64,000 bases of DNA from Myxococcota bacterium (GTDB lineage: Bacteria; Myxococcota_A; SURF-8). Position numbers and translations under genes: made by a program. The notes beneath the pieces were generated by a model. It saw only the letters and a list, made by a program, of their open reading frames with translations. It did not search any database and was not told the origin of the DNA. Location of the stretch: positions 2,630,913 through 2,694,912 of the forward strand of contig CAXXQS010000001.1 in assembly GCA_963674735.2 (NCBI GenBank). Reading direction: 5' to 3'. Positions 19,146 to 28,940 of the stretch are shown in pieces (position 1 is the first letter of the stretch; every line of letters begins with the position of its first letter).

Positions 19146-20525
19146 ATGACGAAACGGTTATTGCTGGTTGTCCTACTCGGATGTTTGCTTTCAGGTCTGT
19201 TCTTGACAAGTTGTGGCGACGACTATCTCGAAGATCCACCTGACGGAGACGACAATCCCGACGGCGATGACCCGGATGGTGACGACCCCGATGGCGACGA
19301 CCCCGACGGCGACGAGCCCGATGGTGATGATCCCGATGGCGACGAGCCCGATGGTGATGATCCCGATGGCGATGATCCCGATGGCGATGATCCCGATGGC
19401 GACGATCCCGACGGCGACGACCCGGAACCCCTCGACATCCTCGGCGACTACCTCGACGGCTGGGAGGGCTTCCATCGCATCACGGCTGATAGCTGGCAAC
19501 AGGGCGTCGGTCCTGATGCTTCCTTCTTCAACATCACACAATACGACAACGACACCATGATGCTGATCGCCCAGAACGACAGCGACAACACCTGGAACCC
19601 CGATCTGTGGAGCCGCTTCGATTGGACATGGACCAGCGCTGGAACCCGAACGCAAACCTTATACTATTGCCAGACCGTCTACGATGCCGCCAGCGAACAA
19701 GCCGCACTCGATACAACCGCCGCCGATGCAACCGATCTCACCACCGGCTGCGGCGGTTTCGCCTGGAGCATGCTGACTCCCGGCGACGAACCCCTCGCGA
19801 TTATCGGAAACTACGACGACTCTTGGAGCATGCATCACGACATCACCCAAACCTCTTGGGTACAAAGCGGATACGGAACGCCGTCGGTTTTCCATATCAG
19901 CCAATTCAACAACACAAACCAGGTTCTGATCACGCAAAACGACCACCAGAATACATACAATCCCGGGTTGTGGAGCCGCTTCGATTGGACATGGGCCGAC
20001 AGCGGTACCCGGACGCAAACCTCATATTATTGCCAGACTGCCTACGATGCCGCCAGCGAACAGGCCGCCCTCGATACCGCTCGTGCCGACGACAGCGACC
20101 TCGCCACCGGCTGTGGCGGTAATGCGTGGAGCTCTCTGACTCCCGGTGATGCATTCCCGATGATTATGGGTGATTTCACTGACGATTACTCCATGGCTCA
20201 TGCCATTAGCGAAACAAGTTGGACTCAAAGCGGCTTTGGCGACCCGAGTATCTTTACCTTCACTCAAATCGACAACCAGATCCAAACGTTGATCGCACAA
20301 AACGACTCCGCCAATCCCTACAATCCCGATTTGTGGAGCCGTTTCGATTGGACATGGAACCTGGATGCAACGAACGGGTGGGAACTGTATATCTGCCAAA
20401 CCACTTACGACGCCGCCAGCGAGCAGGCCGCGCTCGATACCGCTCGTGCCGACGACAGCAACCTCGCCACCGGTTGCGGCGGTTTCGGTTGGAGTAAACT
20501 GACACGCGCGACTTCCAGTCGCTGA
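19146..20525 (+). CDS. B12-regulated lipoprotein: PDGDD tether plus three copies of a ~120-aa Trp/Cys domain
   Basis: AAGGAG RBS; lipobox LFLTSC; 3x [G.Y.D....H.I...[18 protein letters not shown]..Yx[20 protein letters not shown]]. Confidence 0.88.
   Translation: MTKRLLLVVLLGCLLSGLFLTSCGDDYLEDPPDGDDNPDGDDPDGDDPDGDDPDGDEPDGDDPDGDEPDGDDPDGDDPDGDDPDGDDPDGDDPEPLDILGDYLDGWEGFHRITADSWQQGVGPDASFFNITQYDNDTMMLIAQNDSDNTWNPDLWSRFDWTWTSAGTRTQTLYYCQTVYDAASEQAALDTTAADATDLTTGCGGFAWSMLTPGDEPLAIIGNYDDSWSMHHDITQTSWVQSGYGTPSVFHISQFNNTNQVLITQNDHQNTYNPGLWSRFDWTWADSGTRTQTSYYCQTAYDAASEQAALDTARADDSDLATGCGGNAWSSLTPGDAFPMIMGDFTDDYSMAHAISETSWTQSGFGDPSIFTFTQIDNQIQTLIAQNDSANPYNPDLWSRFDWTWNLDATNGWELYICQTTYDAASEQAALDTARADDSNLATGCGGFGWSKLTRATSSR
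19239..19421 (+). repeat. 12 x 15-bp coding repeat PDGD(D/E)
   Basis: CCN GAY GGN GAY GAN units. Confidence 0.95.
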
Positions 20526-20551
20526 TTAGCCAAGTTGAAGAGGAAACGATT

Positions 20552-21862
20552 ATGAATCGCTTCTTAACGAACATGCCCATCTCCGGAGTTCTCCTCGCCA
20601 CTACCATCGCCCTATTCCTCGGTTGTTCGGGCGGGGAGGACTCCGGATCCCCCTTATCATGCGATGTCGGCTATCAGAATATCGATGGGGTTTGTGAACC
20701 CATCGACGCGGACGGCGATCGTGAAGACACCGATCTCTGTGCAGGCAGCGACTGCGGAACACACGCCACCTGCGATCCGACTTCCGGCCAATGCGTCTGC
20801 GATGAAGGATATGAGCCCTTAGGCAGCGGCTGTGTGGCGGTCGCTCCCGATGGTGACGATCCCGACGGCGACGACCCCGACGGCGACGACCCGGACGGCG
20901 ACGACCCCGACGGCGACGACCCCGACGGCGACGATCCCGACGGTGACGACCCCGACGGTGACGACCCGCGCCCTCCCTGCCCGGTTCCACAGGCTCCAGC
21001 CATGCCGATTCTCCCCATCGGTGCCGTTTTATCATTTCATGTCGAGGGTGACACTCCGATTGAAATCGGCACGCAGCAAGGCAAATCGACCGATACTCCC
21101 GCAAGCTGGACCGAAAAATCGACCATCACCCTCGAAAATGCCGGTCTGATGACCATTTTCGCCCGAACACAAGACGAAGACTGCCGTCCATTGCCTTTCC
21201 GCTATGCTTATGATGTACGCGAAACATTCCCTCCGGCCGCCGGACAACCGGACAGCAGCGCCATCACTAAAGACGATCCGGCGATTATCGGCTGGGCCAA
21301 CTCCGTCGAAAACATCACCTTCGGTACGGAAGTGGATGCGGAATGGAAAGATTCCGACCAAGCGCTGGGAGCGGCGGAAGGCTCTTCCACGACCATCGTC
21401 AGCCTTGGACGTGGTGGGCTTATCACCTTGGGTTTTGCCTCTTCCATCAAGAACGGAGATGGAGCCGATCTGGCGGTGTTCGAAAACAGCTTCAACGACA
21501 CCTTCCTGGAGCTGGCTTTCGTCGAAGTGTCGAGCGACGGCGAAACTTTCCTGCGCTTCGATAACGCCTATCTCGGTGAAACGGCGATTGCCGCCTATGG
21601 CACACACAATCCGACGCTATTCGATGGCTTGGCCGGAAAATATCGCCGGGGTTTCGGCACGCCATTCGATCTGTCCAGCCTTTCCAATCGTCCCGAGGTG
21701 CTTGATGGAAGCGTCGATCTCGATAACATTAGCTATGTGCGTATCGTGGATATCGTCGGCGACGGAACCGCATTCGACAGCTTCGGCCATGTCATTTACG
21801 ACCCCTACCCCACCATCGGCAGCGCAGGTTTCGACCTCGACGCCGTGGCGGCGCTGAACTAA
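20552..21862 (+). CDS. Lipoprotein with EGF-like module, PDGDD tether and C-terminal BtuH-like cell-surface domain
   Basis: Lipobox LFLGC; [17 protein letters not shown]; [36 protein letters not shown]; GFDLDAV. Confidence 0.75.
   Translation: MNRFLTNMPISGVLLATTIALFLGCSGGEDSGSPLSCDVGYQNIDGVCEPIDADGDREDTDLCAGSDCGTHATCDPTSGQCVCDEGYEPLGSGCVAVAPDGDDPDGDDPDGDDPDGDDPDGDDPDGDDPDGDDPDGDDPRPPCPVPQAPAMPILPIGAVLSFHVEGDTPIEIGTQQGKSTDTPASWTEKSTITLENAGLMTIFARTQDEDCRPLPFRYAYDVRETFPPAAGQPDSSAITKDDPAIIGWANSVENITFGTEVDAEWKDSDQALGAAEGSSTTIVSLGRGGLITLGFASSIKNGDGADLAVFENSFNDTFLELAFVEVSSDGETFLRFDNAYLGETAIAAYGTHNPTLFDGLAGKYRRGFGTPFDLSSLSNRPEVLDGSVDLDNISYVRIVDIVGDGTAFDSFGHVIYDPYPTIGSAGFDLDAVAALN
20846..20965 (+). 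repeat. 8 x 15-bp coding repeat PDGDD
   Basis: Same unit as at 19239-19421. Confidence 0.95.
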
Positions 21863-21883
21863 TCGGGGTAAACGAAAATCGAT

Positions 21884-24046
21884 ATGCCGCTTGGAAAACG
21901 CCCGGACATGATGCTCTTGCTTCTCCTGCTTATGCCGGGCTTGTTGGATGTCCAAGCGTTCGCCACCGAGACGCAAAATGAGTCCGATGCAGCAGATACG
22001 TCCGATGCGGCTGATACGTCCGATGCGGCTGATGCGTCCGATGCGGCTGATGCGTCCGATGCGGCTGATACGGCAAATGCAGCAGGTGAAACAGATACGA
22101 CGAATGCGGCTTACGTACTCGATCCTGTTACCGTGCGAGATGTCCGCGCCTCGCGTGATCTCAAACACGATCGCGCCGCCGCCGGAACCGTCCTCTTGCG
22201 CGAAGACTTCGACGACGCAGGCGAAACCTTGCCCAGTTTGCTCGACCAGCAAGCCGGGGTTCGTTTAACGCGCCTCGGTGGACCGGCTTCGTTCGCCGCA
22301 CTCTCGATTCGCGGCTCCACCAGCGATCAAGTCCAGCTCGTTCTCGATGGGGTCTCGCTCAATTCCGCCGCCGGTGGACCGGCCGATTTCTCGCATCTGC
22401 CCCTCGGCAATATCGAACGCATCGAGATTTATCGCGGAGCCGCACCGCTGGTGTATGGCGGGAGCGCAATCGGCGGCACGGTCGCCCTCACCACCCGTCG
22501 CGCTCGACAGCGCGAACTCACACTTTCCAGTGGAGGCGGTTCTTTCGGCGCACGCGAAGCACGCCTGTTCTATGCAGAACCCCAGGAAAAATGGGACCTG
22601 ACCTTGGGATTGGATTACGCGGGTTGGAATGGCGCTTTCGATTATACCAACGACAACGGCACCCGCTTCGATTCCAGCGACGATCGGTCCGTCACCCGCC
22701 AAAACAACGCCTACGACCAGATCAACCTGTTGGGCACGTTCGCCCTTCGTCTTGCTGAGCAATGGCACGTGACCGTAACGGATTGGCTGTTTTGGCGCGA
22801 CCAGGGCGTTCCGGGCCTAGGCCAGTTCGAAACCCGCCGAACCCAATACGGCCTGGCCGACAACCTGACGCTCATCCAGGTGGATGCCACCGATCTGGGC
22901 AGACAACTCGACTGGCATATGCTCGCCTCCTTGCGCGTCAGCCATGCCACCTTCAGCGACCCGGAATCGGAAAGCGGCCTCGAAAACGACGACGCCGACG
23001 ATTGGACCTTAAGCCCGGCCTTGAGCAGCCACGCCTTGTTTCACCTCTTCGACTGGTGGGATCTGACCCTCATGGCGGCCTACCGCTACGAGCGTCTTTC
23101 ACCCGGCGACACGCAAAACCGAGCCGCCGCTTCCAGTCGCCATGACCTGCAAACCGGCCTGGAAACCGGTTTACGCATCGACGCCATCGATACCTTGATC
23201 CTGCCCAGTGCACGCCTGGAGGCGGCATTCAGCCGTCTCTCGACCGGCGCACACGCAACCGCGACCGCCATGCCCGTGGATAACGCCGACCAACTCGAAT
23301 GGACGACTCGGCTGGCGCTGGTCAACACGTCGATTCCCGATACGCGTCTGAGCCTGTCGGGAGGCCGCGCCGTTCGGCTACCCTCCTTATTCGAGTTGTT
23401 CGGAAACACCGGGCGCGTCCTCGGCAACCCGAACCTGGACGCCGAAACAGCCCTGAGCTTCGATGGCGGTATTGTCTACGATTCCAGCATGCTACCCGGC
23501 TCCAACCAGTTGCGTCTGGAGGCTTACGGATTTTATTCGCAGGTTGAAAACCTGATTCAATTCGTTCAAACGGCTCAAAATGTCTCGGTAGCCGAGAACG
23601 TCGACCGCGCCCGCCTGTGGGGCATCGAGAGCGGTGCCCGCGCCGATCTGTTTGCCCATTTGCGCCTAGCGGCAAACTATACCCTGTTGCTGGCGCGCAA
23701 CACCGGGGACATCGCCGCCCGCAATGGAAACGATCTTCCACACCGTCCGGCATCGAAATGGTACGCCAGAATGGAAGGGTATGCGCGCGAGATTCCCGAT
23801 ATGGGAGAAGTCAGCCTGTATCTCGATGCCGAATGGATCGCCGGAAACTTTTTGGATAACGCCAATCTGGTGGCCACGGACGACCGCTTCTTTCTAAACA
23901 CCGGTGTGGCTTTGACCTTCGGCGATAACGCCGCCACCCTGGCGCTTAGTTTTCGTAATTTGACCGACGAGCGGATTCAAGATCTGGCCGGATATCCCCT
24001 GCCGGGTCGCAGCTTCTCGCTCCTCATGACCTGGAAGGTGTTGTAA
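21884..24046 (+). CDS. btuB: TonB-dependent receptor, BtuB-like (cobamide uptake)
   Basis: TonB-box-like DPVTV; plug SIRGSTSDQVQLVLDG..IERIEIYRG..YGGSAIGG; GNPNLDAE; C-terminal GYPLPGRSF; under a B12 riboswitch. Confidence 0.8.
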   Translation: MPLGKRPDMMLLLLLLMPGLLDVQAFATETQNESDAADTSDAADTSDAADASDAADASDAADTANAAGETDTTNAAYVLDPVTVRDVRASRDLKHDRAAAGTVLLREDFDDAGETLPSLLDQQAGVRLTRLGGPASFAALSIRGSTSDQVQLVLDGVSLNSAAGGPADFSHLPLGNIERIEIYRGAAPLVYGGSAIGGTVALTTRRARQRELTLSSGGGSFGAREARLFYAEPQEKWDLTLGLDYAGWNGAFDYTNDNGTRFDSSDDRSVTRQNNAYDQINLLGTFALRLAEQWHVTVTDWLFWRDQGVPGLGQFETRRTQYGLADNLTLIQVDATDLGRQLDWHMLASLRVSHATFSDPESESGLENDDADDWTLSPALSSHALFHLFDWWDLTLMAAYRYERLSPGDTQNRAAASSRHDLQTGLETGLRIDAIDTLILPSARLEAAFSRLSTGAHATATAMPVDNADQLEWTTRLALVNTSIPDTRLSLSGGRAVRLPSLFELFGNTGRVLGNPNLDAETALSFDGGIVYDSSMLPGSNQLRLEAYGFYSQVENLIQFVQTAQNVSVAENVDRARLWGIESGARADLFAHLRLAANYTLLLARNTGDIAARNGNDLPHRPASKWYARMEGYAREIPDMGEVSLYLDAEWIAGNFLDNANLVATDDRFFLNTGVALTFGDNAATLALSFRNLTDERIQDLAGYPLPGRSFSLLMTWKVL
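21983..22072 (+). repeat. 5 x 18-bp coding repeat SDAAD(T/A) before the TonB box
   Basis: TCCGATGC(A/G)GC(A/T)GAT(A/G)CG units. Confidence 0.9.
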
Positions 24047-25365
24047 TGCCTTGGCTGGTATTTCTTCACGATCGGATACGCCTGCCAATGCTGTTGTCGC
24101 TGCTGCTGATTGCCATTTTCAGCGTAGCTTGCGTCGATCATACGCGCGGATTCGAACCCGCCGGCGACCGTGACGACTCTCTCCCCGCCCCCGACGGCGA
24201 CAGCGACAACGGAGAAGCGACTTCCATCGATCCCTGGGCCATCACCGTCGTCGGCACCGATTATCTGTCCACCTCGATATCCATCATCGACCGCGAAACC
24301 CAAACCCTGTTTCGTGAAGGCATTCTGCACTCCGGCTCCACCCCGCCGGGACTATCCATTGCCTTGTCGGGGGATGTGGTTTTTCCACGTCAGTTCAATC
24401 CGGAGCACTGGATCGTGCTGATCGATCGCTATCCCAATAGCGTGCTCACCTTTATCCGTCCCGACGACCTCAGTGTGGCGGGCCAATTATCGGTGGCAAC
24501 CGGCTTTGCCTCGAATCCCCACGATTTTCTGTGGATCGACAAGCATAAAGCCTATGTGACCCGTTACGAGCGCAACCCGCAACCGCAGCGCGAAGCCTTC
24601 GACGGCGGCGACGACATCCTGATCGTCGATCCGACCGACCGAAACATTATCGGACGCATTGATCTCCGTTCCCTGGCCGACACCGATGTCCACCCGGACA
24701 TGCTGGCGCGACCCGAGCAACTGGTGCTCGCCGAAAACCGAGTCTGGGTCACTCTCGACGAAGTCAGCGGCGATTTTCAGCACGCCGGAACCGGGCGCAT
24801 CGCGATCATCGACCCCGAAAACGATGAGTTGGTCGGCTGCATCGACCTGGAAGATATCACCAATTGCACCAGCATCGTGCACAGCCCCAGCCGTCACGCC
24901 CTATATGTGTCCTGCACCGGTCTTTTCGAAGAAGGCCCGCAGGAACAACTGCAACGATCGGCCCTCGTCGAAATCGATCTCAACACCGACCCACCCGAAT
25001 CCCGAATCTTGGTCAGTGCCCACGAAGGAGCAGGACAACCCTTCGGTTTCGAACTCGACATCGCCCGACAACGCTACCTGTTGGCGATGCGCTTCGGCGA
25101 TCTCGCCAATGACATCCCCGACCGGCTCGTGGCTTTCGATCTCGACACCAACCGGGAATTCGTTGTGCACAAGGCCTCCACGCCCTTCGGTTTGGGCGGA
25201 TTCCTGGCGGATGATGCCGCCGATGTGCTCTATGTCGGAGAGGCCGATCCCGAACATCCGCGGATTCTGCTCTACCGTCCCGGTGACGATGCGTTCAACC
25301 ACATCAAGGATATCGACGCCCACCCCGAGTCCGGCTTACCACCGAGGCACATCCGCTTCTACTGA
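24046..25365 (+). CDS. Beta-propeller lipoprotein (YncE/BtuG-like)
   Basis: TAATG overlap with the receptor; lipobox FSVAC; QLSV..SNPHD..KAYVTRY, IDL, G.IAIIDP..I.L..NC, LYVSC blade motifs. Confidence 0.7.
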   Translation: MPWLVFLHDRIRLPMLLSLLLIAIFSVACVDHTRGFEPAGDRDDSLPAPDGDSDNGEATSIDPWAITVVGTDYLSTSISIIDRETQTLFREGILHSGSTPPGLSIALSGDVVFPRQFNPEHWIVLIDRYPNSVLTFIRPDDLSVAGQLSVATGFASNPHDFLWIDKHKAYVTRYERNPQPQREAFDGGDDILIVDPTDRNIIGRIDLRSLADTDVHPDMLARPEQLVLAENRVWVTLDEVSGDFQHAGTGRIAIIDPENDELVGCIDLEDITNCTSIVHSPSRHALYVSCTGLFEEGPQEQLQRSALVEIDLNTDPPESRILVSAHEGAGQPFGFELDIARQRYLLAMRFGDLANDIPDRLVAFDLDTNREFVVHKASTPFGLGGFLADDAADVLYVGEADPEHPRILLYRPGDDAFNHIKDIDAHPESGLPPRHIRFY

Positions 25366-25441
25366 TTTCCATCCAACTCCGTTCTCATTCCTTATTTCTT
25401 ACTTACCTTGACCGCGGTGTAATCTTGTGCTTAACTAGCCG

Positions 25442-25459
25442 TGTCACTTGCTGGTGACA
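25442..25459. promoter_or_regulatory. Palindromic operator, probably for the adjacent TetR regulator
   Basis: TGTCAC-6 nt-GTGACA directly before the RBS; TTGACC-17 nt-TTAACT just upstream. Confidence 0.55.
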
Positions 25460-25468
25460 GGAGGATGC

Positions 25469-26104
25469 ATGGCACGCGACAGCCAAAAAACCAAACAGAA
25501 AATACTGGCTTCCGTTGGTCGCCTATTGGCCCGACAAAGTTTCGGCTCACTGGGTATCAACGCCGTGGCCCGCGAAGCCGGAATCGATAAGGTACTGATT
25601 TATCGCTACTTCGGCGGCATGCCCGAACTCTTACGCGCCTTCGCCGAACAAGGGGACTTCTGGCCCAGTAGCGAAGACTTATTGGACCCGGCGGATGAAG
25701 CTCCGACCTCGCTGGCCGAAGCCGGAGCCGCCCTGTTGACCGGCCACCTGCGAGAATTGCGCAAACGTCCCATCACCCAGGAAATCATGCGCTGGGAACT
25801 GATCGAACGCAACGAATTGACCGACGAACTGGCCCGCTATCGCGAACAGCAGGGAATCGAGATCCTGAAACGCCTCGACCTCGAAACAGCACCAACCGAG
25901 AAGACCGACCTCCCGGCCGCCGCGGCACTGATTCACGCCGGAATCACCTATTTGATTCTGCGCGCCAAAACCGCCGACGTCTATCTGGGCGTCGACCTCA
26001 CCACGGACGAAGGCTGGCTGCGGTTGGCGAAAGCCGTGCAAAAACTATCGACCCTTATGCTCGAAAACGCTCCCCTTTCCACGCAGGAATCGACCGATGA
26101 CTGA
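25469..26104 (+). CDS. TetR/AcrR family transcriptional regulator
   Basis: RDSQKTKQKIL..GINAVAREAGIDKVLIYRYFGG HTH. Confidence 0.92.
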   Translation: MARDSQKTKQKILASVGRLLARQSFGSLGINAVAREAGIDKVLIYRYFGGMPELLRAFAEQGDFWPSSEDLLDPADEAPTSLAEAGAALLTGHLRELRKRPITQEIMRWELIERNELTDELARYREQQGIEILKRLDLETAPTEKTDLPAAAALIHAGITYLILRAKTADVYLGVDLTTDEGWLRLAKAVQKLSTLMLENAPLSTQESTDD

Positions 26105-26666
26105 CCGCGCCCCAGACTTCGAGGCCTACCGCCGCGTGCTCAAAAAAGTCGATGCCACGGTTGCCCAACTCGCCCAGGCCCAGCACGAACACCTTGTATG
26201 TAAAGAAGGCTGCGATGGCTGCTGCGGCTTCCGCCTCAGTTTCTATCCCATCGAGGTGGCGCATATGGCAGACGTGGTCAGCAGCATGACAACCGAACGG
26301 CGCACCGGCATCGTAAACCGCATGCGGACCCTTTCTCAGGATTCGTCTCAACAGCCCTGCCCCTTACTTGTAGACGGCGCTTGCCTGGCCTACGAAGCCC
26401 GGCCTCTTTTATGCCGCAGCCATGGCTTGCTGGTGCGCGTGCTCAGCGAAGCCGGACAGCCCAGTATCGAGCGAAGTTGCAGCCTCAACTACACCGGCTT
26501 ATCGGAAGCCGAGTTGGCCGAACTGGCCCCCATCGACCAGAACCTGCTTTCTTCACTGCTTTATCAGGTAAACGGCCTATTCGCCGAAAAGATCAGACTC
26601 GACCCCAAACTGCGTCTCGACCTCACCCACCTCTTGGATTTTTTACCGGCTAACGGTGAACGCTGA
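26097..26666 (+). CDS. YkgJ family cysteine-cluster (Fe-S/Zn) protein
   Basis: CKEGCDGCC..CPLL.DGAC..YEARPLLCRSHG. Confidence 0.9.
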   Translation: MTDRAPDFEAYRRVLKKVDATVAQLAQAQHEHLVCKEGCDGCCGFRLSFYPIEVAHMADVVSSMTTERRTGIVNRMRTLSQDSSQQPCPLLVDGACLAYEARPLLCRSHGLLVRVLSEAGQPSIERSCSLNYTGLSEAELAELAPIDQNLLSSLLYQVNGLFAEKIRLDPKLRLDLTHLLDFLPANGER

Positions 26667-27460
26667 TGCACATGCACCGATCGTTCGAAGCATCCATGTC
26701 GATACGCGAGGTAAACCCATCGGCCGGAAACGCTCCCTTGCTGTGGATTCATGGATTGGGCGAGTCGGGCCTGTGCTTCGAATCCATCGTGCAGCACCCC
26801 GAACTGGCCACTCACCGCCACCTCATCCCCGATCTGCCGGGCTACGGTCGCAGCCTGTGGCCACAAAACCCATCCTCTTTCGTGGAGCTTGTCGACACGC
26901 TGGCCAACTGGTGGACCAAGCGTGAAGGCACCCCCGCCATACTCGTCGGCCACTCTCTGGGCGGCGTGCTGGCACTGCTGTTCGCGGAACGTCATCCCGA
27001 ACTCGTTGCCGCGCTCGTCGATGTCGACGGCAACAAGTCCCTGGCCGACTGCGTGTTCAGCGGACGTGCCGCCGCCTGCGAAGTCACGACCTTCACCGCC
27101 TCCGTTTTTCCGAGTATGCTCGACGAGATTTATCGTAACGGCCTTACCCTGAGGGCGCTGCAAGGTTACTACACCAGCCTTCGTTTCTGCGATCCGGAAG
27201 CCTTTTACGCCCATTCCCGGGAACTGGTCGCACTCACCGCCACCGATAGCCTGGCCGGGCGCCTGGCCGCATTGTCGATCCCTACGCTTTACATCGCAGG
27301 CGATCCCGATGGAGCCGCAGCCGAAAGCCGGAACCGTCTCGAACAGGCGGGAGTGACAACCGTTCCCATCCACCCCGCCGGACACTGGCCCTTTATCGAC
27401 CAACCGGAGACGTTTGCGAAAGCACTGAATCGTTTTCTGGTATCATTGGCGAATGAATAA
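26666..27460 (+). CDS. Alpha/beta fold hydrolase
   Basis: WIHGLG, PDLPGYGRS, GHSLGG nucleophile elbow, AGHWP. Confidence 0.9.
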   Translation: MHMHRSFEASMSIREVNPSAGNAPLLWIHGLGESGLCFESIVQHPELATHRHLIPDLPGYGRSLWPQNPSSFVELVDTLANWWTKREGTPAILVGHSLGGVLALLFAERHPELVAALVDVDGNKSLADCVFSGRAAACEVTTFTASVFPSMLDEIYRNGLTLRALQGYYTSLRFCDPEAFYAHSRELVALTATDSLAGRLAALSIPTLYIAGDPDGAAAESRNRLEQAGVTTVPIHPAGHWPFIDQPETFAKALNRFLVSLANE

Positions 27461-27484
27461 AGTCGCACGAAATCAGGATAACTT

Positions 27485-28684
27485 TTATCCTTCCAAAACC
27501 GCCAGTGTGTCACGGGCAATCATGCGTTCCTCATCGGTGGGAATGACGGTCACGGCCACACGTGCATCAGCAGACGATAAAAGCGTGTTGACTGACTTTC
27601 GTCCCCTATTGCACTCCAAGTCGAGAGAAATACCCAGGTAATCCATGTCGTGGCAGATCGCGGCGCGTACGCGGTCGTCGTTTTCACCGATTCCGGCCGT
27701 GAACACCAAGGCGTCAAGCCCGTTGAGCACGGCGGCCAAAGCGCCGATGTGCTTGCGAATACGGTAAACGAACATATCGATGGCCAGGCGCGCTTGTTTG
27801 TTTCCTTCATCGGCAGCGGCATGCAAGACGCGGAAGTCGTTCCCCACTCCGCTGACGCCCAACAGTCCACTCTGCTTGTTCAACAGACAATCCATCTCGC
27901 TAACGGTCAACCCTTCGCGTTCCATCAGGTACAACACCGCGCCCACATCCAGATCACCCGAGCGGGTTCCCATCATCAGGCCTTCCAACGGCGTAAATCC
28001 CATCGTGGTGTCGAGGGATCGTCCCCCCTTCACCGCCGCCAAGCTCGCCCCGTTTCCGAGATGACAGGTGACCAACCGCAAATCGCCGAGCGGTCGCCCT
28101 AAGAAATGCGCGCATTCCCCGGCTACATAACGGTGGGATGTCCCATGAAAGCCGTAGCGGTAGACTTGATAGCGATCGGCCATTTCGAAAGGAATGGCAT
28201 AGTGCGTCGCCACTTCTGGCTTGCCGGCATGGAAGGCCGTATCGAAAACGGCCACATTCGGCGTGCCGGGAAACAGTTCCAGACAGGCGCGAATGCCGAC
28301 GAGGTTGGGCGGATTGTGCAGCGGAGCCAGAGCGCCATAATCCTCGATGCGAGCAAGTACGGTTTCATCGATGCGAGAAGCGTCGGACAACGCACCGCCA
28401 TGCACGACCCGGTGACCGATTGCATCGGGCGTGAAAGGCTCTCCATTGTCGGTATCCTTCGATCGAATGGCCGCCATTACCGCTTCGAGCGCCTGCCGGT
28501 GATCGTTCGCCACGATCACCTGTTTGTGGGAGTCGCCGCCTTGCGCCGTCCAGTCCAGTTGCGGTGCGGTTTCACCAATACCGGTGACCTGCCCGCAAAA
28601 TAAACTCGATTCCGCACCATTCAACATCTCGAAGGCGTTGAACTTCACCGATGAACTACCACAGTTAATCACCAAAATGCGCAT
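27485..28684 (-). CDS. ackA: Acetate kinase
   Basis: MRILVINCGSSSVK, GHRVVHGG, APLHNP, VFDTAFH, YGFHGTSH, TAGIGEN, PTDEE. Confidence 0.97.
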   Translation of the reverse strand: MRILVINCGSSSVKFNAFEMLNGAESSLFCGQVTGIGETAPQLDWTAQGGDSHKQVIVANDHRQALEAVMAAIRSKDTDNGEPFTPDAIGHRVVHGGALSDASRIDETVLARIEDYGALAPLHNPPNLVGIRACLELFPGTPNVAVFDTAFHAGKPEVATHYAIPFEMADRYQVYRYGFHGTSHRYVAGECAHFLGRPLGDLRLVTCHLGNGASLAAVKGGRSLDTTMGFTPLEGLMMGTRSGDLDVGAVLYLMEREGLTVSEMDCLLNKQSGLLGVSGVGNDFRVLHAAADEGNKQARLAIDMFVYRIRKHIGALAAVLNGLDALVFTAGIGENDDRVRAAICHDMDYLGISLDLECNRGRKSVNTLLSSADARVAVTVIPTDEERMIARDTLAVLEG

Positions 28685-28940
28685 ATCGCCCCATCCCTCA
28701 TCTTGCATCGTCGAACATCCGCCGCGCCGTCGCACCGCCGCGCCATCGCGCCGCTTTCGCGCATCATAGGCCGAGCCTCTTGGCTGTGCAAGTATCTTCG
28801 GTCACCGATCATGGTTACGGCCGGACGCCATACACGTGTCGGGAAAACTTGCCCATGTTACGGATCGATGCTAGTGTTTGGCGGTTTTGGAATCGAGTTT
28901 CATTTGTTGGCTGTAACCTCCATTCTCCCGGCAGGTGCAC

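Noticed and set aside
19223-21018. GSSPS-repeat ORFs on the minus strand; possible CRISPR-like array
   Set aside because: Reverse complement of the PDGDD coding repeats; no unique spacers and no cas genes.
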